Shown in pieces: positions 46,001 through 58,900 of a stretch of DNA of 64,000 nt. Each line of letters begins with the position of its first letter. Within the stretch, counting starts at the first letter, position 1. Under the pieces are notes generated by a model that had not been told where the DNA came from, ran no database searches, and saw nothing but the letters and a program-made list of their open reading frames with translations. This stretch comes from Ranitomeya imitator (lineage: Eukaryota). The stretch covers positions 16,802,001-16,866,000 of the forward strand of contig NC_091285.1 of NCBI RefSeq assembly GCF_032444005.1. The letters run 5' to 3'. Both the position numbers and the translations under genes were made by a program.

Positions 46001-47028
46001 CAGGCTGGTCTTCAGCTTGATAACCGTCGGCCGATAGACGTCTTCCAATCGGCTGAAGAGCCGCCGCTCCAGGTAACTCCAATAATCCACCAGCCCGTTC
46101 AGGTCATAACTCTGGATAAACTGCAGCAATTGCTCCACGATGCGATCCACCTTAAGAAAAAAAAAAAAAAAGTCATATTTGACCAGGTGCCATGTCCCTC
46201 CCCCATACTTTATACTGCGGCAATTACAGATTTTGCAAACCTTTATGGACAATTAAATACCAGATTAATGGAAGATAAATGAAGCAATGGGACGTAAAAA
46301 GATTAGGTTTACAGGCGAACTACATCAAGATCCCATCTGGCTCCATTATGTGGTGTTTTCTCAAGGCTGGGTCCAGGCACATGAAGGATCTTGAGGGACA
46401 GAGTGCATAACAAACTCAATGAATCAACCATTGCTCAAAAAGCATGTGATAATGCTTTTATACATAATCATTTTGACTTGACCTCCCCTTTAAGGAGGAC
46501 CTGTCACTTGCCATAAATATTTAATTATTTTACCCGGTGTAAATGTCGCTGTTCTCCTGAATCCGGAGTTGTTTTTCTTTTGATCCTGCGCCTCTCCGTT
46601 CCTGAGATATGGCCTCCTCTTTCCAGTATTTAAATCGCGTCTTGTTACAAATGTGGGTGTGGCCCTAAGAGAAGAGTCAGGAACCACGCCCACTTGCCTT
46701 ATAAGGCCAGATTTATATACAGGGAAAAAGGGGCCATATCTCAGGAACGGAGAGGCGCAGAAAGAAAAGAAAAACATCGCCGGATTCAGGAGAACAGCGG
46801 CATTTACATCAGGTAAAAAAAAAAAAACATGTTAAGGGCAAGTGACAGGAAATGTAAAAAAACCTATAGAACGATAAGACAAGAAATGTCCGGACTGGAA
46901 CTTACACGAAAACCTTTCTCCTTATCCACTTTAATATCCGCCTCAAAATGCTTCAAGGTGTTGGTGAAGCCCCTGAAGGTCAGGTACTCCCGCACCAGGT
47001 CATTCGTGCGCTCCACCGCCGACGTCAT
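37044..47028 (-). CDS. WDR91: WD repeat-containing protein 91; 15 coding exons, 746 aa
   Basis: Exons 47028-46906, 46150-45971, 45807-45600, 44544-44462, 44355-44237, 43276-43096, 42991-42836, 42653-42454, 42357-42207, 42121-42027, 41951-41789, 40839-40731, 40575-40463, 40166-39969 and 37205-37044; total 2241 nt, phases consistent. N-terminus [22 protein letters not shown]-terminus [16 protein letters not shown]. Confidence 0.96.
37244..39905. repeat. 46-bp minisatellite (longer ~54-bp variant at right end), WDR91 intron 14
   Basis: Unit GCAGCACAGTCGGCTCTGCTACACCGGAGTCTATACAGAGCAAAAA. Confidence 0.95.
40864..41764. repeat. 86-bp minisatellite, WDR91 intron 11
   Basis: Unit GTAATGTAATGTATGTACACAGTGACTGCACCAGCAGAATAGTGAGTGCAGCTCTGGAGTATAATACAGGAGGTAACTCAGGATCA; same family as the STRA8 arrays. 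Confidence 0.95.
43308..44208. repeat. 35-36-bp minisatellite, WDR91 intron 5
   Basis: Unit GCAGTATTATAGTAGTTATATTCTTGTACATAGGG(G). Confidence 0.95.
44545..45599 (-). other. U12-type AT-AC intron (WDR91 coding intron 3)
   Basis: 5' end ATATCCTTA; branch site TTCCTTTAAC at 44566-44557; 3' end AC. The splice restores [12 protein letters not shown] in frame, and no GT-AG alternative was found. Confidence 0.9.
44779..45544. repeat. 49-bp minisatellite inside the U12 intron
   Basis: Unit GCAGACACTGAACAAGCAGGAATACTGGGGGATTTACACAATTGTATCC. Confidence 0.93.
46490..46850. mobile_element. TTAA-type (T2/Kolobok-like) MITE, right end clipped
   Basis: TTAAGGAGGACCTGTCACTTGCC ... GGCAAGTGACAGG inverted ends with palindromic subtermini. 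Confidence 0.55.
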
Positions 47029-47667
47029 CCCTAACGTCTTAACATAGGAGAAACAAAAATAAGTATTAAAGAACATTAACAGATGGGAAGGTCCGCAACG
47101 ATGGATCCATCACACGCCGATCCCCAGCGGTGACTTATAACGCTGTCCGCCGGGGCCTGCTCTGCCATACTATACACAGATGCTCCACTGTATGTGATCC
47201 GCCTCCGCGGTACATGATGGCGGTTATATCCCTAGAGGTTAGATCACAGCACTGGCCATTATTAGCTGCTGCTAATCAGTGACATCTAAGGGGTTAAACT
47301 GCTGCGATCGCAGCTGGATGGGTTACACTCCGGTGCCGGCTGTAGGACGCAGCTTCCATACATGTACAGAGGATGTCGCCCACTGATATCGGAGGGCTCC
47401 CCGCTACACGCCCGGGCCTGATCACACTGTGTGCGCTGCAAAAAAAGACATTATGCTGGGTGTACAAGTCAGGAGGAGGCGGTCCCGTATGTCAGCCCCC
47501 CTCACATCACAATGGGACCCCTATAGTTTTGGCGCAAAGAACAGTTTATGGGATCTGCATTGGAAAGTGTTTTCAGTCTCCTGACCGATCAGTGGGGGAG
47601 GGGATGCAGATTTTGACCTCACTTACAAGACCCCATCTATATTCTCTGCATCCCCACCATTAGTGAA

Positions 47668-48188
47668 CAATGGGGCCCCCATACGATGTGGGGGCCCCAT
47701 ACGGCGTGGATGTCTGTGGGGACCCCATGCGGCGTGGATGTCGGGGCCCCATGCGGCGTGGAAGTGGGGGCCCCATGCGGCGTGGATGTGGGGGCCCCAT
47801 GCGGCGTGGATGTGGGGGCCCCATGCGGCGTGGATGTGGGGGGCCCATGCGGCGTGGATGTGGGGGCCCCATGCGGCGTGGATGTGGGGGCCCCATGCGG
47901 CGTGGATGTGGGGGCCCCATGCGGCGTGGATGTGGGGGCCCCATGCGGCGTGGATGTGGGGGCCCCATGCGGCGTGGATGTGGGGGCCCCATGCCGCGTG
48001 GATGTGGGGGCCCCATGCCGCGTGGATGTGGGGGCCCCATGCGGCGTGGATGTGGAGGGCCCATATGAAGTGGGGGCCCCATATGGTGTGGATGTGGGGG
48101 CCCCACACGGTGTGGATGTAGAGGGCCCATATGAAGTGGGGGCCCCATATGGTGTGGATGTAGAGGGCCCATATGAAGTGGGGGCCCT
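47668..48188. repeat. 24-bp GC-rich minisatellite upstream of the WDR91 start codon
   Basis: Unit CCCCATGCGGCGTGGATGTGGGGG. Confidence 0.92.
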
Positions 48189-48368
48189 GCAGTGTGATCC
48201 CAGGGCTTCCTCTGCATTGGATGGCTGCAGTCTGTATACTATATGTCCCCGGATCACACAACGTTCCATCAGATTCTCTTAGCCCCGCCCACGTTCCATC
48301 CCCCACGTGCAACGTTCCATCCGCGCTTCCTTCCCCCAGAAGCCTGCCGCCCCCCAGCCGGCTCTTAC

Positions 48369-48460
48369 CTCCCGGGGACCCCCGCTCTGCCGCTGCTGTC
48401 ACCGTGGATAATGCAGGCGGTCTGGTCACATGACAAAGCAGGAAGCGCCGGTCACGAGGG
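48369..48460 (-). promoter_or_regulatory. Candidate WDR91 non-coding first exon and promoter
   Basis: GC-rich; donor GAG/GTAAGA at 48368; GTCACATGAC at 48425-48434 and a nearby GGAAG. An acceptor-like tract precedes the ATG exon. Confidence 0.45.
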
Positions 48461-49403
48461 GATGTGAAAGTCCCCTATACTTCAGCAGAGTGTGCGCCAC
48501 AGATAGAGCCTTTTCACATCCGCCATGTTGGAATGAAAGCGAGGCTGACACACTCCCCAACCGCTTATTCCGCTGTTCTCTGCGGCCGTAATCCACCGCC
48601 TGTCGTTAGGAAGTGTTTACAGTGTGATGTGTTTATACAGCAATTACAATAAAACAAGCTTTATTGAAAGTGACGTTGTAATACAGTGTAGTCCGTACTG
48701 TACATAACGTCTCACCATGTGTTCCATTACCTTGCATTAGGCCGCATTCACATGTTCAGTATTTGGTCAGTATTTTGTAGACACTTGCCATGACAGCTGG
48801 GGGTCTGCTGATGACCAGTCCCCTGTACCTGCTATGATCTTCCTGTGAACGTCAGCCTGAAGCCGTCGTTCATAGACCGTGATTTTCACTCTACATAGCT
48901 GCCCTGATGCCTCGCTACGTCTAGCACAAGCAATCAGACGATCGCAGCTACCAGTCCCCTAAGGGGACTATTAAATACCGTAAAAATAAAAAAAAAATAT
49001 ATAAAAAACCCCTTAAAAGTTCAAATCACCCCCCTTTTGAACCATTAATTATTATTTTTTTAAACACACATATTTGGTATCGGCGCATTCAGAAACTCCC
49101 GATCTATAAAAATATAAAATAGATTAATCCGATCGGTAAATGGTGTAACAAGAAAAAAAAAAACATCGGAATGAAGGTTTTTTTGGTCGACGCAATATTG
49201 CAATTAAATGCGATAACGAGCCATCAAAATATTGTCTCTACAACAAGATGGTATCAATAAAAATGTCAGCTCAGGGCGCAAAAAAACAAGATGTCACCCG
49301 GCCCCAGATCTCAGAAAATGGAGACGCTATGGGTCTCGGAAAATGGCGACATAGGCGAACACTTTTTTTTTGTGTGAAAATTTTCTAACTTTTTTCACCC
49401 TTA

Positions 49404-49599
49404 GGGCTTGTTTTCACTTGCGAGGAACACGTCCGTGTCTCGCATGTGGAAACGAAGCTCTGGCGCCGGCACTGTGGAGCGGAGCGTGCGGCCGCATAGC
49501 AACACATGGAGCCGCACGCTCCGCTCCGGAGTGCCGGCACCAGAGCTTCGTTTCCACATGTGAGACACGGACGTGTTCCTCGCAAGTGAAAACAAGCCC
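49404..49599. mobile_element. Harbinger-type palindromic MITE (same family as 31255-31450)
   Basis: GGGCTTGTTTTCACTTGCGAG ... CTCGCAAGTGAAAACAAGCCC with TTA TSD on both sides. Confidence 0.85.
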
Positions 49600-50228
49600 T
49601 TAAAGGGACACTGTCACCTGAATTTGGATGGAACAATTTTCAGCCATAGGGGCGGGGTTTTCGGGTGTTTGATTCACCCTTTCCTTACCCGCTGGCTGCA
49701 TGCTGGCTGCAATATTGGATTGAAATTCATTCTCTGTCCTCCATAGTAGGCAATGCCACACTGACACACGTAAACCCATTCATGTCTCCGTGTTTTCACG
49801 GACCGTGTGTCCGTGTGCAAAACACGGAGACATGTCCGCTTTTCTACGGCAGCACGTACCGCAATACGTCCCGCACACGTGCACACGGAGAACAGTGTGC
49901 ACTCTCCTCCGTGTGCACGTACATAAGGCCCGCAGGAGAGACAGCGCTACAGTTAAGCGCTGTCCCCTGCTTTTGGTGCTGAAGCCGGCATTCATTCCTT
50001 CTCCCCAGCAGCGTTCGCTCGAGAGAAGGAATGAAAAATCAAGGTTTTTTTTGTGTGTTAAAAATAAAGTTTGTGGGTCACCTCCCGCCTCCCATCCCCT
50101 GTGCGCCCGCCCGCTTGCCGAGAAATACCCAGCTCCTGCGATGTAAGCTCTCAGCGCCGGCAGCAGGTCCTGTGTGAGCGGTCACATAGTACCGCTCATT
50201 ACAGTGATGAATATGCGCATATTCATCA

Positions 50229-51019
50229 CTGTCGGTACTGTCATGGCGACACTGTGCTCGGTACTGTCATAGCGACATTGTGTTCGGCACGGTCACGGCG
50301 ACACTGTGCTCGGTACTGTCATAGCGACACTGTGGTCAGTACTGTTATGGCGACACTGTGCTCGGTACTGTCATAGCGACACTGTGCTCTGTACTGTCAT
50401 AGCGACACTGTGGTCGGTACTGTTATGGCAACACTGTGCTCGGTACTGTCACGGCGACACTGTGGTCGGTACTGTCACGGCGACACTGTGCTCGGTACTG
50501 TCATAGCGACACTGTGCTCGGTACTGTCACGGCGACACTGTGTTCGGTACTGTCACGGCGACACTGTGCTTGGTACTGTCATAGCGACACTGTGGTCAGT
50601 ACTGTTATGGCGACACTATGCTCGTTACTGTCATAGCGACACTGTGCTCTGTACTATCATGGCGACACTGTGCTCAGTACTGTCATAGCGACACTGTGCT
50701 CGGTACTGTCACGGCGACACTGTGCTCGGTACTGTCATAGCGACACTGTGGTCAGTACTGTTATGGCGACACTATGCTCATTACTGTCATAGCGACACTG
50801 TGCTCTGTACTATCATGGCGACACTGTGCTCGGTACTGTCATAGCGACACTGTGCTCGGTACTGTCATAGCGACACTGTGCTCGGTACTGTCATAGCGAC
50901 ACTGTGCTCTGTACTATCATGGCGACACTGTGCTCGGTACTGTCATAGCGACACTGTGCTCGGTACTGTCATAGCGACACTGTGCTCGGTACTGTCATAG
51001 CGACACTGTGCTCGGTACT
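50229..51019. repeat. 26-bp minisatellite, probably internal to a truncated DNA element ending near 51243
   Basis: Unit GCGACACTGTGCTCGGTACTGTCATA. Confidence 0.9.
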
Positions 51020-51764
51020 CTCTCTCTTTCTCTCTCTCTCTCTCTCTATGTCATCACTCTGCCCACGCCCCTTCATTGGCTGAAAAAAATGGCGCCAAGC
51101 GCGTCATACGAAACGCGACTTTGGCGCGAAAGTCGCGTACCGCATGGCCGACCCCACACAGGGATCGGGTCGGGTTTCATGAAACCCGACTTTGCCAAAA
51201 GTCGGCGACTTTTGAAAATGAACGATCCGTTTCGCTCAACCCTATTGGGGAATATGGCGCACAGTACGGCAGACACCCTGCGCATTACAGTGCCTGGCAG
51301 GGCTGTCTCAGACCCTTGTGCCCATCAGGTGTGGATAGGACTGGTGCCAGCACCGCCGACCGTGGACCAACCGCACCAAAAGTCAGAATCAAAATGGCGA
51401 TGATAGGGGGAAATCGATGATAGGGAAAATCGAAAGCGAACAGGGGCCCCAAGGGGCCACATAAACCTGGGTATGGCACTGGATATAGGGTTGAACCTAA
51501 TATGGCGAGTACTTTCTCGGGGTCACTGTGTCAGCGCTTATAGAACTTTCACATAAGATTTATTTGGACACTTATAGGCCAATGGCCGCCTCTTCTGGGC
51601 CCCTGTATGAGGGGAGGTCACAGAAGCCTCCTGTCTGTGAGGAGGAGGGGGCTCCCATTATTTTACTACATGTCCAGTCACGTTCTCCCGCCCTTTTTTC
51701 CCATTAGAATCCTGCCCTCCTGGCCTCCGCAGTACGTGATACAGTTCTCCTCATTTCCTCTCAT

Positions 51765-51940
51765 CTGATTGGTTGCCGAGAGCGCCGATTGGGTTCTTCT
51801 TCCTTCCGATTGGTCGGATTCGTTGCTGGAGCGTAAAGTGATTGGTCTCCGCTGCAGCAGCTTCTAGTCAGCTGTGGATGGAATTCCGCGGCCTGAGGAG
51901 TCGGGAGAGCGACCCTGGTGTGCGGGCCGGTCCTAGCGCA
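51765..51940 (+). promoter_or_regulatory. Candidate STRA8 promoter and non-coding first exon
   Basis: Four ATTGG (inverted CCAAT) at 51768, 51788, 51809 and 51841, followed by a GC-rich stretch ending at donor GCA/GTAAGT (51940). Confidence 0.5.
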
Positions 51941-52779
51941 GTAAGTTGTGGGGAGACCCCCGTCATGTGCGGGGTCAGGAAGACCCCTTTATCTAGGAGT
52001 GCACTGATATCCATCAACAAGCCAAGGGAAAACTCCTATGGAAGCCCCCTTAAAGGGGAAGCTACCCAGGAGAGTGGAGACCAGAAGTGTTGTCAGTTTC
52101 CCATAATAAAACCCATCAGCTGAGACCCTGGAGAGACCTCAGGCCTTAACCTGTTCAAAATGCTGATCCCTCCTCCCCACCCCACCCCCCCCAAAAAAAA
52201 ACTATTTACAATAACTATAATTTCTTTCTTTTTAGGAGGGGGGTAAGGACGTTTAAATTTTTTTTACATCTTATGTTTTTTGTTTTTTTTTTTGTTATTT
52301 TTCTCGCATTTTTTTTACGTTTACCACGTGGTATAAAAGACCAGATAACTTTATTCCACGGTTCAGTCCGAGTGCGACAACACCAAATATATTTAGTACT
52401 TTCTTTTCAGGCCACGTTTTATTTTTATTTTTTTTTTACATTTTATGGTGTTTTTTTATTGTTATTTTTCTCTCATGTTTTTTTTTTACATTCACCATGT
52501 GGTATAAACAAGCGAATAACGTTACTCCCTTCATTTCACGGCTCGATCAGAGCGCGACAACAGCAAATCTGTTTATTTTTTTATTTTACATTTAAAAAAA
52601 TTCCTTTGATTTTGTGTTGCTTTTTTAGTATTATTTTGGGGGATTAAATATGACTTTTTTTTATCACTTTTTATTTATTTTTTTTAATAGGGGAATAAAA
52701 TAATATATAATTTTTTTTATTCACTTTTTTACTGTGTTCCACATGTGTGTGAATTACCAACATCAATTTATACTTTGAG

Positions 52780-54600
52780 TCATTGCGGGTTTATTTTATT
52801 TTTTTCCTTTTTTTTATTTTTAGTCTTTTTTTCTCCTATAAAGCTTTTTTTTTTTTTTTTTTACTATTTTTTAGCCCTTTCATCTATAAATATTTTTTTT
52901 TTTTACTTTTTCTTATTTTTTAGTTCTTCTTTCATCTATAAAGATTTGTTTTTTACTTTTCTCTTATTTTTTAGTCCTTTCATCTATAAAGTTTTTTTAC
53001 TTTTTCTTATTTTTTGGTTCTTTCATCTATAAAGATTTGTTTTTTACTTTTCTCTTATTTTTTAGTCCTTTCATCTATAAAGTTTTTTTTACTTTTTCTT
53101 ATTTTTTAGTCCTTTCATCTATAAAGATTTATTTTTTGCTTTTCTCTTATTTTTTAATCCTTTTTATCTATAAAGTTTTTTTACTTTTTTCGTATTTTTT
53201 TAGTCCTTTCATCTATAGAGATTTTTTTTTTACTTTTTCTTATTTTTTTAGTCCTTCTTTCATCTATAAAGATTTTTTTTTTTTACTTATTCTTATTTTT
53301 TCTAGTCCTTTCTCTAAGGGCTCTTTCGTACGTCCTGATATTTCCGATACTGGGAAAAACAGTACTGGAGATGTCCGTGTGTTAAATACTTGTGTCACAT
53401 CAGTGTCACACGTACTGGCACCTGGGAATCAGCGGTACTGTTCGTGCTGTTCCCCAGTGCTTGGTGCTGAAGACGGCTCACATCACCGTCCACTGCTCAC
53501 ACTTGCAGGGAAGAATGTTGAGAGTTGTATTCAACTGTTAACAGCGAGAGCAGGCGGCGGCTGATGGCAGCTGATGGAGCCGTCGCCTGCGCTATGAATA
53601 ATTTTACAAAAATGATGGGTTTCTTTGTATTATTGATAACCAGCCAGGTAAAACTGACAGCTGCGGGCTGCAACCTTCAGCTGTCAGCTTCAGCAAGGCT
53701 GGTTATCAAGAATAGAGGGGTCCCCACACTGATTTTTTAAATTAGTTAAATATATAATTTTAAAAAATGACGTGGGGTCTCCCCCATTTTTGACAAGCAG
53801 CCAAGCTAAAGCAGACAGCTGTGGGCTGGTAGTCTCAGGCTGGTAAGGGGCCATGGATATTGGCTCCCACATCCTAAATAAAGCAGCCTCCTAGAAAAGG
53901 CACATCTATTCTGGCACTTGGCCTGTAGCAGTAGCAATTGGGGTTCATATTTGTGGGGTTGATGTCACCTTTGTATTGACTGGTGACATCAAGCCCAACG
54001 GCTTAGTAATGGAGACTGGAGAGTAAGTGTCAGTGACCGGCGGTGACGTCATTGAGGTTACCCCCGGTCACCGAGGCTGCATTCCCAGGCGGGCTGAACT
54101 GCGGTGACCTCAGCACCATGGGAAGAAGTTACTGAATTCATCGCAGATTTCTTACAACAGAACGACGGACAGATGAGGAATGCGGTTGTTGTTTTTTATT
54201 TTGGTTTTATTCCAAAATTATTTTTTAGTCCTTTCTCCTACAAAGCTTTTTTATATATAGTTTTTTCCCCTCTAAACCTTTTTTTTTTTTACTTTTTCTT
54301 ATTTTTTTCAATCCTTTCTCTTATAAAGCCATTTTGTCTATTCATTTTTTTAGTCCTTTCTCCTATAAAGCTTTTTTTTTTTTTACTTATTTTTTAATTT
54401 TTTTTGTCCTAGAAACCTTTTTTTCTTTTTTTTTTTTTACTTTTTCTGTCTCCTATAATGTTATTTTTACTTTTTTGTTATTTTTTTAAGTCCTTTCTCC
54501 TATAAAGCTTTTATTTTTCTTGTTTTTTATTTCTTCTGCCTCCTATAATGTTATTTTTTACTTTTTTGTTATTTTTTTTAGTCCTTTATTTTTCCTCCTA
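52780..54600. repeat. Degenerate T-rich tandem repeat (AGTCCTTTCATCTATAAAG-type), split by a DNA-element fragment at about 53315-54200
   Basis: Recurrent TTTTTAGTCCTTTC(A/TCC)TCTATAAAG blocks. Confidence 0.7.
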
Positions 54601-55009
54601 TAATACCATACTTGTATATTATGCCTCTCACAGATCAGAATAGGTAAAAGACGGCCGACCCTTTCATTATTAAGTCCCCGTACCCTATCAGGGGCTTATG
54701 AGGCGACACAAAACTTCTTCAGTCCGTCTAACCGCTTAGATGCTGCAGTTGGTTTTCACCGCTGCATCTAAAGGGGTTAAACGACTGGGATTGGAGTTAT
54801 CTCTGATCCTGACCGCAGGCAGCTGTCATAGACATTCTTATGTGCCATTCACTAAGGGGTTAAAGGATTACTCTTGGGTAAGGTGTGATGCTGACAAGTG
54901 GGCGGGGCATGACATAAGCTCCACCTCTTCAGGAAGGAACGGATGCTGGTGTACTATGCTATGTGTTACTATTTGATCCAGATATACATGAAGGACGTGT
55001 GCGGGCTGG

Positions 55010-55871
55010 ATGGACGCGGCAGGTGAAGGCGGCAGCCAAAAAGGGAGAAACAGCGGCAAGAGACCAGCAGCGAGGAAGCGGAAAGCGAGAACCCCGAGCT
55101 CCACATCCGTCCCGCAGCTCATCCAGAGACTACGGGACCTCGTGTTCCCCGAACCTGATACAAAAGCCACCAGGGTAGGGGGGGGCAAAGATTCCTCGCC
55201 CTAGGGCGCAATTCACACCCCCCACCTCAATTCTGATGTGTTGTTTTATCGACATTTCTCATAATCCAGAAAGAGGTTCTGCAGCAGGCGAAGCAGTACA
55301 TCCTGCAGCTGGAGAGCACTCTGGACTCCCTGCTGAAAATGAAAGGTGAGCGTACAAAGAACGAAGCGTAATGTGAACATGCACCGATCCAACGTAACAT
55401 TAACCCCTGCAGGACACGACGTTTTCTTCATTTTTTGGGGGGTGGGGGGAACCTTTTTTTTTTTTTTTTTTTTTTTTTTACTAATAACTAGAAAACTTTT
55501 TGAGTCGCCAGAACTTTTATTTTTATATTTTATTTTTTTAAGTTGACATAGCGACAGGACAGATTATTTAATTTGCAGGTTAAATTGCATTTTGCATTGC
55601 GTTTTCATTGGGAACATCCAAAACTTGATACCAAGTTTTTAAATAATTTTTATTTTTTTATGTTTTTTTCCGTAATAACAAAAAAAAAAAAATTATGGAG
55701 ACTGAAAAATAAAGATGATCGGCTACAGTATTTAAAAAAAAAAACAAAAAACCTATTTTAGAGGCCCCGGTGCTGACCCTGTGGATATGACTGTTAATCA
55801 TTTTTTTTTCTGAAAATAGCAATTCTGAATTTTTTTTTTGTCTTTTTTTTGTGATCCCAGCTGTGTATTTT

Positions 55872-55948
<77 letters not shown>

Positions 55949-58900
55949 CAAAGTGTCAGGAATAAAAATTAGATTTATTTAGCAATTTTTCATTATTACA
56001 AAATATTTTATATAGTACAAGAAATCAAAATAATCTAGGGGCACAAAAAAAAGGAAAATTAAAAAAAAAAAGTAATAAAAAAGTAAAGGTTTTAAAAATA
56101 TTTATAAAAAATTAAGAAAACATAAACATTGGAATCACCCATACAAAAAGAAATAAAGTGTTAACAAAAGAATATTAGAAGTGAAAAAAAGTTATGGCTC
56201 TTGGAAGAAGGAGAGGAGAAAAAAAGGAAAAGCGCAATAATGAAAATTGTCCCTGTCTTTAAGGGGTTAATGTTAATGCAATGGTTAATTGGTGCATGTG
56301 CCGTGGCCCCGTGTGTTATAATGTGGCTGCCTTGTCCCTCAGCTGACATTTTCCTGGAGCACAGCGCCCCCTACACCCTGGAGGACGTCAGGGAGGAATT
56401 CTTACATCTGGTCAGTAGCGAGGAGGGGTAAGTGACAGAGACTAATGCAACCCATTTGGCCACCAGAGTAATGTTTGGATGGGAGGCTATTTTTTTGGTT
56501 GCTCTCCATTCTGGATGATAGAGGGGTGTCCCGGATGTTGGGCACCTTTTAAAAGATGTCATTCAACAGAAAATAAAGGAGGACACATTGAGTACAACCC
56601 ACTGTGAGGTTTTGTTTTGCCACTGACCCTTCACAAACTTATAATTCCAATTTTAGAGGCCCCACTGCTGACCCTGTGGATATCGATGACATCGACCCTG
56701 TGCTCCTGTACATGCAACCGGAAATTCAAGAAGACCTGGATGAAACAGTGGAAGAATTGAAAATCGCAAATACTGGAGAGCCATTTTCCTCACCAGAGCT
56801 GATGGAATTCGAAAAGTAAGTAACATTTAGGCCATGTTCACACAGTGCGTTTTTTACTGCGGAACCGCAGCGGTTTTCCATGCAGGGTACATAACAATGT
56901 AACCCTATGGAAAACAGTCACTGCTGTGCACATGATCCGGAATTTCGTTTAAAAAGCCGCGCAGAATAGCTGCGGCAAAAAAGAAGGAGCATGTCACTTC
57001 TTTTTCCTGAACCGCAGCGGTTCTGCACCCATAGACCTCCATTGTGAGGTCAAAACCGCAGTAAAACCCGCAGATCAAAAATATATCTGCGGGTTTTACT
57101 GCGATTTGATGTGCAGAACCGCTGCAGCAGGAAGTGCGGGGGAGCAGGCGAAAGTGCGTGGGCGGAGTGTGGCTGCCCCCCCGTGCTCCGATCCCGCCCC
57201 CCGTGCTCCGATGCCCCCCCCCCCCCCGTGCTCCGATGCCCCCCCCCCAGTGCTCCGATGCTCCCCCCGTGCCCTTATCTCCCCCCCTTATACTTACCCG
57301 GTGTCCGTCCGGCCGTCTTCTCCCTGGGCGCCGCCATCTTGCAAAATGGCGGGCGCATGCGCAGTGCGCCCGCCGAATCTGCCGGCCGGCAGATTCGCTC
57401 CAAAGTGCATTTTGATCACTGAGATATAACCTATCTCAGTGATCAAAATAAAAAAATAGTAAATGACACCCCCCCACACTTTGTCACCCCCATTGGTAGA
57501 GACAATAAAAAAATTAAGAATTTTTTTTTTTTTTTTCACTAAGGTTAGAATAGGGGTAGGGGTAGGGTTAGGGTTAGGGTTAGAAAACTGCATAAAAAAA
57601 AAGGATCAAAAAACGCATCAAAAAAGGACCAAAAAAAGGACCTGCGTTTTCTGCCAAGAGCTGCAGTTTTTTAAAAAAACAGTCCTGAAAAAAAAAGGAT
57701 GGAAATCCTGAACGTGTGAACATACCCTTACAGTATGTAAAGCAAATGTATTATACTCCAGAGCTGCACTCACTATTCTGCTGGTGCAGTCACTGTGTAC
57801 ATACATTACATTACTGATCCTGAGTTACCTCCTGTATTATACCCCAGAGCTGCACTCACTATTCTGCTGGTGCAGTCACTGTGCACATACATTACATTAC
57901 TGATCCTGAGTTACATCCTTTATTATACCCCAGAGCTGCACTCACTATTGTGCTGGTGCAGTCACTCTGCACATACATTACATTACTGATCCTGAGTTAC
58001 ATCCTGCGTTATACTCCAGAGCTGTACTCACTATTCTGCTGGTGCAGTCACTGTGTACATACATTACATTACTGATCCTGAGTTACATCCTGTATTATAC
58101 CTCAGAGCTGCACTCACTATTCTGCTGGTGCAGTCACTGTGTACATACATTATATTACTGATCCTGAGTTACATCCTGTATTATACTCCAGAGCTGCACT
58201 CACTATTCTGCTGGTGCAGTCACTGTGTACATACATTACATTACTGATCCTGAGTTACATCCTGTATTATACCTCAGAGCTGCACTCACTATTCTGCTGG
58301 TGCAGTCACTGTGTACATACATTATATTACTGATCCTGAGTTACATCCTGTATTATACTCCAGAGCTGCACTCACTATTCTGCTGGTGCAGTCACTGTGT
58401 ACATACATTACATTACTGATCCTGAGTTACATCCTGTATTATACCCCAGAGCTGCACTCACTATTCTGCTGGTGCAGTCACTGTGTATATACATTACATT
58501 ACTGCTCCTGAGTTACATCCTGTATTATACCCCAGAGCTGCACTCACTATTCTGCTGGTGCAGTCACTGTGTACATACATTACATTACTGATCCTGAGTT
58601 ACATCCTGTATTATACCCCAGAGCTGCACTCACTATTCTGCTGGTGCAGTCACTGTGTATATACATTACATTACTGCTCCTGAGTTACATCCTGTATTAT
58701 ACCCCAGAGCTGCACTCACTATTCTGCTGGTGCAGTCACTGTGTACATACATTTCATTACTGTATTATACTCCGGAGCTGCGCTCTATGTCACACATATA
58801 TATATATTTCCCCCAGGTATCTGCGCTTCTACAAGCAGACGGTGGACCTTCTGGTGGAGAGCAGGGTGGTGTCTCAGGCGCAGGTGACGCTTCCTGTGGT

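Noticed and set aside
47623-48429. His/Pro/Gly-rich repeat ORFs
   Set aside because: A 24-bp unit with no stops is open in several frames by construction.
51480-51630. Retinoic-acid response element for STRA8
   Set aside because: Only isolated half-sites (GGTTCA, GGGTCA, AGGTCA); no properly spaced direct repeat was seen.
57558-57585. TTAGGG telomere-like repeats
   Set aside because: Only about three units, internal to a Harbinger-type element; not an interstitial telomere.
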